Source of the DNA: Bacteroidales bacterium
GTDB lineage: Bacteria > Bacteroidota > Bacteroidia > Bacteroidales > P3
Assembly (NCBI GenBank): GCA_016283175.1
Contig: JAEEMK010000075.1
Location: 4,724-68,723 of the forward strand
Length of the DNA: 64,000 nucleotides
Reading direction: 5' to 3'
Below the pieces are notes generated by a model. It saw only the letters and a program-made list of their open reading frames with translations. It was not told the DNA's origin and searched no databases. This document shows, one piece after another, positions 35,737-44,819 of the stretch (position 1 is the stretch's first letter; every line of letters starts with the position of its first letter). A program made the position numbers and the translations under genes.

Positions 35737-36540
35737 ATGAGTGAAAAACGTCTGATATTGCCAAACGACGCTAACGGTTTCATCGTTGAGGAAATAAAAA
35801 ACCGTCTCAGCCAGGGGCTTACGGTGACCATTGCCTTTGGCGGCAACAGTATGCTGCCCACTATCGACGGTAGCCGTGACCTCGTGGAGTTGGCCGAGAC
35901 AAAAGGTGAGTTGCACTGTGGCGAGGTGTATCTTTTTGTTTTTAGAGGACGTTGTGTGGTTCATAGACTTCTTAGGATAAATGGCGACGAATATGTTTTC
36001 CGTGGCGACAACAACCGTTACACGGAAAAAGTCGGCCGCGATGCGGTGCTGGCACGGCTGGTGGCTGTAAAACACAGCAATGGCAGTGTTGAGAGCTGCG
36101 ACACGCGGCAATGGCGTTGCAAGTCGCGCCGTGCCTCTGTTTTACGCACGTTGAAAAACTTGCCGTATGCCTGGTTTGGCAGTAGCCAACGCAGATGGCA
36201 GCGATGGGTGTATATATCAATACTTTTGGCGCTTATGTGGGCACCGGTCGGCGGACTTGGCATACAGCTGGACAGTATGGTGCTCAACATACGCCTCGAC
36301 CACCTGCTGCACGCATCGGTATACTTACCCTTTGTGTTTTTCATAATGGATTTTGGCCATATGAGGCCGCGAGGGTATGTGCTTCATTGGCTTTCGGGGT
36401 TGCTCTTTGCTGCTGTCACCGAAGCAGGACAGCTGCTGCTCTTTTATCGTGGATTTGACCCCAGTGACCTTGTCGCTAACTTTATCGGCGTCACTTTGGG
36501 TTGGCTTTTAGTATTGCTTTTGAAATATAAAAGGCAATAA
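35737..36540 (+). CDS. SipW/archaeal-type (Ser/His) S26-like peptidase domain fused to a VanZ-like membrane domain
   Basis: The ATG is 1 nt after the preceding stop (the track start is a TTG). GGNSMLPT (Ser), VVHRLL (His in place of the LexA/SPase I Lys) and FRGDNN. The C-terminal half has about 4 TM segments with the VanZ-like pattern HLLHASVYLPF...EAGQLL...DPSDLVANFIG. Confidence 0.65.
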   Translation: MSEKRLILPNDANGFIVEEIKNRLSQGLTVTIAFGGNSMLPTIDGSRDLVELAETKGELHCGEVYLFVFRGRCVVHRLLRINGDEYVFRGDNNRYTEKVGRDAVLARLVAVKHSNGSVESCDTRQWRCKSRRASVLRTLKNLPYAWFGSSQRRWQRWVYISILLALMWAPVGGLGIQLDSMVLNIRLDHLLHASVYLPFVFFIMDFGHMRPRGYVLHWLSGLLFAAVTEAGQLLLFYRGFDPSDLVANFIGVTLGWLLVLLLKYKRQ

Positions 36541-36595
36541 ATCAGTGTGTTTGTTTTGTAGCGCTGATTTTTGCCGCCATTTGTGAAAAAAGTTG

Positions 36596-36603
36596 TATCT
36601 TTG
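36596..36603 (+). promoter_or_regulatory. -7 promoter box (TATCTTTG) of the GT2 gene
   Basis: TAnnTTTG 25 nt upstream of ATG 36628. This implies the GT2 gene can be transcribed independently of the upstream operon. Confidence 0.45.
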
Positions 36604-36627
36604 CAAATTATTTCAAAAAACAGATTT

Positions 36628-37353
36628 ATGTCAGATACATTGGTAATTACGCCGACATATAACGAAAAGGAGAATATTGAGAGAATCATTCGCAAAGTCT
36701 TTTCGCTTGAAAAGGAATTTGATATGCTTATTGTCGAGGACAACTCGCCCGACGGTACGGCCGACATTGTGAAGCGACTTATGCAGGAGTTCCCCAATCG
36801 TCTATTTATTAAGGAGCGCAAAGGCAAACTTGGTCTTGGCACTGCATATCTGGAAGGTATGCGATGGGGCAATGAGCACGGCTATGACTATATGATTGAG
36901 ATGGACGCCGACTTCAGCCACAACCCTGACGACCTGCCGCGCCTTTACGAGGCCTGTTCGACTGGCAAGGGCGATGTGGTTGTGGGAAGCCGCTATGTCG
37001 ACGGAAAGATCAGTGTCGTCAACTGGCCTATGGGCCGCTTGATGATGAGCTACTATGCCTCCAAGTATGTCCGCATAGTGACTGGTATGAAGGTATGCGA
37101 CGCCACGGCAGGTTTTGTCTGCTGGAGCCGCAAGGTGTTGGAAAAGATGAAGTTTGACAAGGTGAAATTCGTTGGCTATGCCTTCCAGATAGAGATGAAA
37201 TACACCGCCACGCGTCTTGGTTTCAAGGTCTACGAAGTGCCCATCATTTTCACCGACCGTGTCCTTGGTACCAGCAAGATGAGTATGAAGATCTTTAAGG
37301 AGGCCTTCTTTGGAGTGTTCAACCTTCGTTTCCGCAACTGGCGTAACTATTAG
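36628..37353 (+). CDS. Polyprenol-phosphate mannosyltransferase-like family-2 glycosyltransferase
   Basis: Trimmed to MSDTLVITPTYNEKENI. EDNSPDGT and MDADFSHNP (DxD) are typical of Dpm1-like GT2 enzymes. Confidence 0.85.
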   Translation: MSDTLVITPTYNEKENIERIIRKVFSLEKEFDMLIVEDNSPDGTADIVKRLMQEFPNRLFIKERKGKLGLGTAYLEGMRWGNEHGYDYMIEMDADFSHNPDDLPRLYEACSTGKGDVVVGSRYVDGKISVVNWPMGRLMMSYYASKYVRIVTGMKVCDATAGFVCWSRKVLEKMKFDKVKFVGYAFQIEMKYTATRLGFKVYEVPIIFTDRVLGTSKMSMKIFKEAFFGVFNLRFRNWRNY

Positions 37354-37448
37354 TACTCCTTGCCGCTGCTGCAGCAGAAATCGCGGAACAATCCAGATTA
37401 ATAATCCTAACCACTTTGCGGTAGAAATCTTGTAAATCTTGTAAATTT

Positions 37449-37847
37449 ATGCTGACGCAAGAGGAAATGTATGATTTAATGTACGAGGTCCGCGGTGCTG
37501 CGATGGAGGTATATAATCATTTCGGTCCAGGATTGTTGGAGTCGGTTTACGAGAAAGCAATGATACAAGAATTGACTTTGCGAGGGTTGAAAGTGGAGTC
37601 TCAGGTTCCCTTGACAATACAATATAAGGGGACTTTGATTGGAAATGATTTAAGATTGGATTTGCTGGTGGAAGAAGAATTGGTTGTGGAACTGAAGTCA
37701 GTGGAAGAAATAAAGGACATTTATTATAAGCAACTAAGGACATACCTGAAACTGCTCAACAAAGAAGAAGGTTTACTGATTAATTTTGGCGAATACGATC
37801 TGAAGAACGGAATGAGACGCGTAACAGTAAACGAATACAAAAGGTAA
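37449..37847 (+). CDS. GxxExxY-family protein (PD-(D/E)XK-like)
   Basis: 132 aa. GPGLLESVYEKAMIQEL carries the eponymous GxxExxY motif, followed by RLDLLVEEELVVELK. Confidence 0.85.
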   Translation: MLTQEEMYDLMYEVRGAAMEVYNHFGPGLLESVYEKAMIQELTLRGLKVESQVPLTIQYKGTLIGNDLRLDLLVEEELVVELKSVEEIKDIYYKQLRTYLKLLNKEEGLLINFGEYDLKNGMRRVTVNEYKR

Positions 37848-37971
37848 CAGAGAATAACGACCTGCGTAGCTTTTCGATCGCAAAGCGAGCGAAATAATTT
37901 ACAAGATCTCGCGAGCGCAGCGAGCAGGAGAACAGATTAAAGATTAACAGAGTAATAAGATATACAGAGAT

Positions 37972-39966
37972 ATGAAAAAGATAGTATTGACATTGGCGGC
38001 CTTGATGTGTGCTGCTACAATGATGGCGCAGGAGAAACTCCTGCAGTGGGACCAACTTATGGACCGCAATCTCTACCCCAAGCGTGAAGCTGTAAGTTTC
38101 ATCTTCGCGCCCGACGGCAAGACTGTTACTTATTATAAGGGCAGTGAACTTTACGGTTTCGACGGCAAGAAGGAATTCAAACTCAGCGATAAACAACAGG
38201 ACTGGCGCAAACCGGCAAACAACGACCCCAAACTTGAGGAGCGTGTTGATATTAAGGAGGGCAACCTTTATGTCGACGGCAAGTTGGTGGAGCGCGGCGA
38301 CGGCTACAATATCGTACTTGGCGAGAGCGTGCACCGCAACGAGTTCGGCATCAACGGCGGACTCTTCTGGTCGCCGAAAGCATCGCGTCTGGCCTTCTAT
38401 CGTATGGACCAGAGTATGGTCGTAGACTATCCATTGGTCAACACCAAGGCGCGCGAAGCAGAGGTGCGCAACATAAAGTACCCTATGGCCGGTATGAAAA
38501 GCCACGAGGTCACGGTTGGTGTGTGGGATGTGGCTGCAGAGAAGCTGGTTTATCTTAATACTCGCAAGGATACAACTGTACACGAGCGCGAGATGTACCT
38601 AACCAACATTGCCTGGAGTCCTGACGAGAAATACGTGTTTGTAGCCAAAATCAACCGCGAACAGAACCATATGTGGCTGGAGCAATATGACGCTGCTACG
38701 GGCGACTTCGTGAAGGTGCTCTTCGAGGAGACCGACCCCCGCTATGTGGAGCCCTGCGAACCTATGATTTTCACCCCCAAGGGCGACCAGTTCCTCTGGT
38801 ATTCGATGCGCGACGGCTACAAGCACCTGTACCTTTACAATCTCGACGGAAGCCTCGTCAAGCAGGTTACCAAAGGCGAGTATGAGGTCGAGGGATTCAT
38901 CCAGTTCGACAAGAAAGGCGAGAATATCTTTATCTATGCAAACAAGAACAATCTCGACGGCCGCGATGCCTATCGTGTGAATCTGAAAAATGGGACGATG
39001 GAATGCCTGACAAACTATAATTCAGCGGAAGGCACCCATACTGTTGTCATCAACGACGAGGGAACCCGTATGGTTGACTATTTCAGTGCTGTGGACAATC
39101 CTGGTGAGGTCAACTATGTTATTAACATAAACAAGCCGGCCAATCACCGCGATTATAACATCTACAGGGCTGAAAATCCCCTCAAGGACTACGCTATGCC
39201 CGGCATCGAGCTCGGCACAATCAAGGCTGCTGACGGCAAGACGGATCTCTACTACCGCCTTATCACTCCTCCTAATATGGAGAAGGGCAAGAAATATCCC
39301 ACGCTGGTGTATGTCTATGGTGGCCCGCATTCACAGCTCGTCACCGACAGCTGGCTTGGCGGCGGCAACCTCTACTTTATGTTCCTCGCCCAGCAAGGCT
39401 ATGTGGTCTTCACCGTCGACAACCGTGGCACCGACAACCGCGGCTTCGAGTTCGAGAGCTGCACACACCGTCACCTCGGCGAGATCGAGATGGCTGACCA
39501 GATGGAAGGTGTCAAGTTCCTCAAGAGTCTGCCCTACGTGGACCAAGACCGTATGGGCGTTGAGGGCTGGAGCTTCGGCGGCTTTATGACCATCACGATG
39601 AAGCTGGCTCACCCCGAAGTCTTCAAGGTGGGCTGCGCCGGCGGCCCTGTCATCGACTGGAAGTGGTATGAGATTATGTACGGTGAGCGCTATATGGACA
39701 CTCCGCAGGAGAACCCCGAGGGCTACGAGGCCAACAGCTTGCTCAACAAAGCCCAGAACCTCGAAGGTCGTCTGCTGGTCATCCAGGGAGCCGAGGACAA
39801 CACTGTCGTCCCGCAGCACAGCACCGAGTTTATCGAGCACTGCATCAACAACTTCAAACAGGTGGACTATTTCGTCTACCCGCATCACGAGCACAACGTT
39901 CTCGGTCGCGAGCGCCTGCACCTCTACAAAAAGATGTTTGATTATTATGAAACCCACCTTAAATAA
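37972..39966 (+). CDS. S9-family serine peptidase (dipeptidyl-peptidase IV-like)
   Basis: 664 aa. Signal peptide, then an N-terminal beta-propeller-like region. The catalytic GWSFGGFM nucleophile elbow, with D and H in the C-terminal alpha/beta hydrolase part (QGAEDNTV, HEHN). Confidence 0.85.
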   Translation: MKKIVLTLAALMCAATMMAQEKLLQWDQLMDRNLYPKREAVSFIFAPDGKTVTYYKGSELYGFDGKKEFKLSDKQQDWRKPANNDPKLEERVDIKEGNLYVDGKLVERGDGYNIVLGESVHRNEFGINGGLFWSPKASRLAFYRMDQSMVVDYPLVNTKAREAEVRNIKYPMAGMKSHEVTVGVWDVAAEKLVYLNTRKDTTVHEREMYLTNIAWSPDEKYVFVAKINREQNHMWLEQYDAATGDFVKVLFEETDPRYVEPCEPMIFTPKGDQFLWYSMRDGYKHLYLYNLDGSLVKQVTKGEYEVEGFIQFDKKGENIFIYANKNNLDGRDAYRVNLKNGTMECLTNYNSAEGTHTVVINDEGTRMVDYFSAVDNPGEVNYVININKPANHRDYNIYRAENPLKDYAMPGIELGTIKAADGKTDLYYRLITPPNMEKGKKYPTLVYVYGGPHSQLVTDSWLGGGNLYFMFLAQQGYVVFTVDNRGTDNRGFEFESCTHRHLGEIEMADQMEGVKFLKSLPYVDQDRMGVEGWSFGGFMTITMKLAHPEVFKVGCAGGPVIDWKWYEIMYGERYMDTPQENPEGYEANSLLNKAQNLEGRLLVIQGAEDNTVVPQHSTEFIEHCINNFKQVDYFVYPHHEHNVLGRERLHLYKKMFDYYETHLK

Positions 39967-39969
39967 GCT

Positions 39970-40581
39970 ATGTTTACTGGAATTATTGAAATGACGGCCA
40001 AAGTCGTCAAGATAGAAAAGGAGAACACCAACTACCACTTCACTTTAGAGGTGCCGTTCGGTGACGAACTGGCCATCGACCAGAGTATGGCGCACGATGG
40101 CTGCTGCCTCACGGTGGTGAAGGTGGACAAGGAAAAGAAACAATATGTAGTCACTGCTATGGACGAGACTATGCTAAAGACCAACCTCGGCACTTGGCAG
40201 GTCGGTACAGAGGTCAACGTTGAACGTTCGATGCGTATGGACGGCCGTTTCGACGGTCACATCGTGCAGGGCCACGTTGATCAGACCGCTACTTGCACCA
40301 AGGTGGTTGACGACAATGGCAGTTGGCGTTTCTATTTTGAATACGAGCAGAAGAACGCACCTTCCATAACCGTCCCCAAGGGCTCAATCAGCATCAATGG
40401 CGTGAGCTTGACAGTTGTCGACAGCGAACCTGGTATGTTCAGTGTCGCGATTATACCATATACATATAAGGTTACAAATTTCCATAACTTCAAGCCTGGT
40501 ACTATTGTCAACATCGAGTTTGATGTTTTTGGCAAGTATGTACAGCGTTTGCTGGAGCAATATATGGCAGCCAACAAGTAA
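39970..40581 (+). CDS. ribE: Riboflavin synthase
   Basis: 203 aa. MFTGIIE start and duplicated lumazine-binding repeats (GCCLTVV / GVSLTVV). Confidence 0.92.
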   Translation: MFTGIIEMTAKVVKIEKENTNYHFTLEVPFGDELAIDQSMAHDGCCLTVVKVDKEKKQYVVTAMDETMLKTNLGTWQVGTEVNVERSMRMDGRFDGHIVQGHVDQTATCTKVVDDNGSWRFYFEYEQKNAPSITVPKGSISINGVSLTVVDSEPGMFSVAIIPYTYKVTNFHNFKPGTIVNIEFDVFGKYVQRLLEQYMAANK

Positions 40582-40606
40582 ATGCTGTTAGACTGATAAA
40601 AAAAAA

Positions 40607-40631
40607 GAGACCAGTATGGTCTCTTTTTTTT
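40607..40631. terminator. Bidirectional terminator between ribE (+) and ssrA (-)
   Basis: GAGACCA gta TGGTCTC, flanked by A9 on the left and T8 on the right. Confidence 0.75.
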
Positions 40632-40641
40632 ATCTTTTCTG

Positions 40642-41032
40642 TGGAGCTGGGCGGGTTCGAACCGCCGTCCATACAAGTAACTGATGTGCTTTCTACACGC
40701 TTATTCTGCGGTTGATTGTCGGGACGGCTCCGGACACAGACACCCAAGGCCGGCCTTATCCTCTAAAACTTCACCGACACTGCGAGGCTTTATGCCGGCT
40801 ATCCCGTCTTTGCGAGCACCTCCGTTTCACACGCCGACGGTCAGGGCTTGTGGGAGATGTCTTGTTCCTACAACTGTTGTAGGAATTAAGCTAACCTACT
40901 GTGCTTCGGTTATGCAGCAAGAGCGTAGTTATTTTCGCCAATTATTGTTCTGCATCGGTTTTCAAGGCTGCTGATGCGTGAGCCTGCGTGCTTACAAATC
41001 CATTAACCTTGCTGTCAAAACCAGTCAGCCCC
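40642..41032 (-). ncRNA. ssrA: tmRNA (SsrA)
   Basis: On the minus strand the 5' end is GGGGCTGACTGGTTTTGACAGC and the 3' end is ...GGACGGCGGTTCGAACCCGCCCAGCTCCA (tRNA-Ala-like). The internal tag ORF GGC GAA AAT AAC TAC GCT CTT GCT GCA TAA encodes GENNYALAA (40910..40939). Confidence 0.92.
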
Positions 41033-41080
41033 GTTAACAAACTTGCATAAAAAAAGCTCTCGAGTGAGAGCTTCTTCGTT

Positions 41081-41158
41081 TGGCGGTCCGGACGAGACTC
41101 GAACTCGCGACCCCATGCGTGACAGGCATGTATTCTAACCAAACTGAACTACCGAACC
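41081..41158 (-). tRNA. tRNA-Asp: tRNA-Asp (GUC), CCA encoded
   Basis: The reverse complement is GGTTCGGTAGTTCAGTTTGGTTAGAATACATGCCTGTCACGCATGGGGTCGCGAGTTCGAGTCTCGTCCGGACCGCCA. The anticodon loop is CTGTCAC. A hairpin plus T7 terminator follows on the minus strand (41052..41075). Confidence 0.92.
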
Positions 41159-41197
41159 GTTTGCAATATTTGAATGACCTTTCCTTAATTGCGAGTG

Positions 41198-41205
41198 CAA
41201 AAGTA
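41198..41205 (-). promoter_or_regulatory. -7 promoter box (TACTTTTG) of tRNA-Asp
   Basis: Reverse complement of CAAAAGTA, about 40 nt upstream of the tRNA 5' end. Confidence 0.5.
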
Positions 41206-41350
41206 CGATTTTTTTTGATACTGACAAATTTTTTTTTCAATTTTAGATGATTTTTTTTAGAAACAATTGATTATCAATGATGATTTCTTTATGAATTGTT
41301 ATTATGAAGTGCTATTTTTTTCGTTTTTACTAGCATTTTCTTCGAAAATT

Positions 41351-41358
41351 GTATCTTT
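41351..41358 (+). promoter_or_regulatory. -7 promoter box (TATCTTTG) of the HAD hydrolase gene
   Basis: TAnnTTTG 65 nt upstream of ATG 41423. Confidence 0.4.
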
Positions 41359-41422
41359 GCAATACGATTTAAATGCATAAAACGCATATTTTGTTGTATG
41401 TCAATACTATAGGTTTGTAGGT

Positions 41423-42055
41423 ATGTTCGAAAATATTGAAAACATTATATTTGATTTTGGCGGTGTCATTCACGACATCCGTTATGAAAATGTCGGAGAG
41501 GCCTTTGTTGAGCACGGAATAACCAATCTTGGCGATTTTTATAGCAAGGATTTTCAAACAAAAGAAATGGATTTGTTTGAGAAGGGTCTTCTTACTACAG
41601 AACAGTATCGCGACTATATACGCCGCATAACTAGCAGCATCCTGTCGGACGATGATATAGACGATATAGTCAATGCCATCTTAATTGATGTGCCGCGAGA
41701 ACGTGTTGAGTTGCTGCAGCGTGTCCGCTTGCATTACAAACTTTTCCTGTTCAGTAACACAAATCAGATAAACTATGATTGTTTTACTGTAAGATTGCGC
41801 AAAAAATTTGGCTTCGACATTTTTCAGGAATGTTTCGATGCCGCTTATTTTTCGCACTTTATACATCTTCGCAAGCCTGCCAAGGAGGGCTTTGAACTTA
41901 TATTAGACGAACAGCACCTTGTACCTGAAAAAACTCTTTTTATTGACGATATAGAAAAGAATCTTGAAGGTGCACGAGCTGTCGGTATCAATGGACTTCA
42001 TTTGTCGAAGGGTACCATTATTGACCTGTTTGATGATGAAGACTTCTTGAAATGA
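41423..42055 (+). CDS. HAD-superfamily hydrolase
   Basis: 210 aa. Motif I is IIFDFGGV (DxG variant of DxD), motif II is LFSNT, and motif IV is FIDD. Confidence 0.8.
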   Translation: MFENIENIIFDFGGVIHDIRYENVGEAFVEHGITNLGDFYSKDFQTKEMDLFEKGLLTTEQYRDYIRRITSSILSDDDIDDIVNAILIDVPRERVELLQRVRLHYKLFLFSNTNQINYDCFTVRLRKKFGFDIFQECFDAAYFSHFIHLRKPAKEGFELILDEQHLVPEKTLFIDDIEKNLEGARAVGINGLHLSKGTIIDLFDDEDFLK

Positions 42056-42120
42056 AGGAAAAGAATAAAAAAAAAGAGGACATTTCAGGATGTCCTCTTT
42101 TTATAACTACAACGCTCAAA

Positions 42121-42372
42121 TTACATAGCGTTGACCTGCTTCATAAGTTTCGATTTGAGGTTGGAGGCTTTGTTTTTGTGGATTACGGAACGTTTGGCAA
42201 GTTTATCAATGATGGAAACCATCTTGGGCAGACGCTCGGTGGCCACGGCCTTGTCCTCAAGAGCACGGAAATCACGCAGTGCGTTGCGCATAGTTTTAGC
42301 GTAATATCTGTTTTCTACTCTTTTTTTCTCGTTGGAGCGGATTCTTTTTTTTGCTGACTTGTGATGTGCCAT
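42121..42372 (-). CDS. rpsT: 30S ribosomal protein S20
   Basis: Trimmed to MAHHKSAKKRIRSNEKKRVENRYY... (83 aa). The longer track ORF runs into tRNA-Glu. Confidence 0.93.
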   Translation of the reverse strand: MAHHKSAKKRIRSNEKKRVENRYYAKTMRNALRDFRALEDKAVATERLPKMVSIIDKLAKRSVIHKNKASNLKSKLMKQVNAM

Positions 42373-42402
42373 AATTATTACTGATTCTTTTATCTTATTT
42401 TG

Positions 42403-42477
42403 TACTCCGTGCGGGATTCGAACCCGCGATTTTGAGAATGAAAATCTCACGTCCTGGGCCAGCTAGACGAACGGAGC
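42403..42477 (-). tRNA. tRNA-Glu: tRNA-Glu (UUC)
   Basis: The reverse complement is GCTCCGTTCGTCTAGCTGGCCCAGGACGTGAGATTTTCATTCTCAAAATCGCGGGTTCGAATCCCGCACGGAGTA. The anticodon loop is TTTTCAT. The ends are +/-2 nt. Confidence 0.88.
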
Positions 42478-42556
42478 CTTTTGCCATTGATTGTTTTGGA
42501 TTGTTGATATAGATTTTGTCCTTTTCAGCAATGCTTTCAACCCTCAAAAGCGGTTG

Positions 42557-42564
42557 CAAAAGTA
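42557..42564 (-). promoter_or_regulatory. -7 promoter box (TACTTTTG) of tRNA-Glu/rpsT
   Basis: Reverse complement of CAAAAGTA, about 80 nt upstream of tRNA-Glu. Confidence 0.45.
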
Positions 42565-42615
42565 CGAACATTTTCAGAACTGGCAAAATTTTTTTTCACT
42601 GTCCGATGTCAATAT

Positions 42616-43299
42616 TTAGTGTTGTACGTCGGTATCTGCTTGAAAACGAAATCCTAAGCGTTTTGCTGTAACTAGTGATTTTTTGTCAAAATTGTTGCGC
42701 ATTTCACCCACAGATACCACCTTGATTTCGTCGTATGGAGGGGTCAAAAGATCAAAATTGGTGGTATATTCGATAGCTGATTCTACTATGTTTTGTACTG
42801 ATTCATTGGTAATCAGGGAAGTGTTGAAATTGTTATATAGCATTCCCAACTCTCGTTTGCCTTCGATAAAGTAGTGTTTTTCTTTGTTAATAAACACTCG
42901 TCCAATAAGATACCCGAGGTCGTTGTCGCGCTGGTAAAGGAATGAATCAGTAAGAAAGTTGTATATGTGTATGACGCCGCAATATGAGCGTTCAGGGTTC
43001 TCTCGTATGTATGGCGATTTCATTACTTCGTGGTTGCGTGAAAACTCGAATACGTTGGTGTGCATCATAAAAACCAATGTATCGCTTGCAAAACGGATTT
43101 CAAACTCAAAGTCGCCGCGATCAATGAAATCAAATCGCATATCCTTTTCAGTCTGTTTGTTTCGCTCCTTAAGCTGAGCGATAATATCCTTTGCTATAGT
43201 GCGGAAAAGCTCGAATGTCTCTATGGTTGAATAATAAATATCGTGCTTCAGTTCTCCTTTGGAGAAGATGAGGTCACAGAGTTCTTTTTTCATTTCCAT
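42616..43299 (-). CDS. Hypothetical cytoplasmic protein
   Basis: 227 aa long ORF with normal codon usage, 20 nt downstream of cysS on the same strand. No signal peptide and no motif I can name. Confidence 0.5.
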   Translation of the reverse strand: MEMKKELCDLIFSKGELKHDIYYSTIETFELFRTIAKDIIAQLKERNKQTEKDMRFDFIDRGDFEFEIRFASDTLVFMMHTNVFEFSRNHEVMKSPYIRENPERSYCGVIHIYNFLTDSFLYQRDNDLGYLIGRVFINKEKHYFIEGKRELGMLYNNFNTSLITNESVQNIVESAIEYTTNFDLLTPPYDEIKVVSVGEMRNNFDKKSLVTAKRLGFRFQADTDVQH

Positions 43300-43319
43300 T
43301 TTAATACAGTTTTGTTAAA

Positions 43320-44810
43320 CTATTTAATTTCCCAAGAGGCACCGTCTTTGCCGTCCTTAACTGCAATGCCGAGAGCCGACAGGCTGTCTCGAATTTTGTC
43401 GCTTGTGGTCCAGTCCTTGTTGGCTTTTGCTGCTGCACGGACGTCGAGAATCATCTGCATCAGGCCGTCAATCAGTTTGGAGTTGTCCGACGAGGCCTCG
43501 TCACACAGCCCCATTACATCGAAGACGAAGGTCTGGAAAACTGACTTCAGTTCGTCGATGTCTTCTTGCGTCAGTGTTGCCTTGTGGTCGTTGACGGTGT
43601 TGATGACCCTTGCGGCGTCGAAGAGGTGCGAGATGACGATGGGCGTGTTCATATCGTCGTTCATCGCGTCGTAGCAGAGCTGGCGGTAGCCTTTGACGTC
43701 GACCGAGCTGGTCTTGGAGGGCTGTAGCGAGTCGAGGGTCTTGAAGGCCTGCATCAGGCGGTTGTAGCCCTTTTCAGCGGCCTGTAGTGCTTCGTTGCTG
43801 AAGTCTACGGTGCTGCGATAGTGGGCCTGAAGAATGAAGAAGCGTATCGTCATCGGACCATAAGGCTGTGCCAGCATCTCTTCGCCGTTTTTGGGGTTGA
43901 TATGGCTGCCGTTGAAGAACTCGTCGAGAGTGATGAAGTTGCCGAGGGATTTTCCCATCTTTTGTCCTTCAATGGTAATCATATTATTATGCATCCAATA
44001 CTTGCAAGGAGCGTGGCCGGAGGATGCGACACATTGTGCTATCTCGCTCTCGTGGTGAGGAAATACCAGGTCCATTCCGCCACCATGAATGTCGAATGGC
44101 GATCCAAGGTATTTAGCTCCCATCGCTGTGCACTCGGCGTGCCAGCCGGGGAAGCCGTCGCTCCAGGGCGAGGGCCAGCGCATAATGTGCTCGGGTGAAG
44201 CTTTTTTCCATAAGGCAAAGTCGCCAGCAAAACGCTTTTCGTCTTGGCCATCGAGTTCACGTGTTGTGGCAAGCATCTCGTCGATGACGCGACCGCTGAG
44301 TTGGCCGTACTTGTGGGTTTTCTCCTGATATTTGCGTATATCGAAATAAACGCTGCCGTTGCTTACGTAAGCCAGCCCTGCGTCGAGGATTTTCTGCACC
44401 AGTTCTATTTGCTCGATGATGTGGCCGCTGGCGTGCGGCTCGATGCTGGGTCGCAACACATTCAAGCGATCCATAGCTGCGTGATAGCGGTTGGTGTAGT
44501 ACTGTGCTACCTCCATAGGCTCCAGTTGCTCCAAACGTGCTTTTTTTGCAATCTTGTCCTCGCCTTCGTCGGCATCGTGCTCGAGGTGTCCTACGTCGGT
44601 TATGTTACGAACATAGCGTACCTTGTAACCAAGATGCTGCAAATAGCGAAACAGGATATCGAATGTAATTGCCGGGCGCGCGTGTCCCAGATGGGCATCG
44701 CCATAGACCGTCGGTCCGCATACATACATTCCCACACGCCCAGGAGTAATGGGTGTGAATAGCTCTTTCTGGTGGCTTAAGGTATTATAAATCAAAAAAG
44801 GTTGTTGCAT
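43320..44810 (-). CDS. cysS: Cysteine--tRNA ligase
   Basis: 496 aa. HLGHARP (HIGH) and KMGKSLGN (KMSKS). Confidence 0.96.
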   Translation of the reverse strand: MQQPFLIYNTLSHQKELFTPITPGRVGMYVCGPTVYGDAHLGHARPAITFDILFRYLQHLGYKVRYVRNITDVGHLEHDADEGEDKIAKKARLEQLEPMEVAQYYTNRYHAAMDRLNVLRPSIEPHASGHIIEQIELVQKILDAGLAYVSNGSVYFDIRKYQEKTHKYGQLSGRVIDEMLATTRELDGQDEKRFAGDFALWKKASPEHIMRWPSPWSDGFPGWHAECTAMGAKYLGSPFDIHGGGMDLVFPHHESEIAQCVASSGHAPCKYWMHNNMITIEGQKMGKSLGNFITLDEFFNGSHINPKNGEEMLAQPYGPMTIRFFILQAHYRSTVDFSNEALQAAEKGYNRLMQAFKTLDSLQPSKTSSVDVKGYRQLCYDAMNDDMNTPIVISHLFDAARVINTVNDHKATLTQEDIDELKSVFQTFVFDVMGLCDEASSDNSKLIDGLMQMILDVRAAAKANKDWTTSDKIRDSLSALGIAVKDGKDGASWEIK

Positions 44811-44819
44811 ATTGATGTT

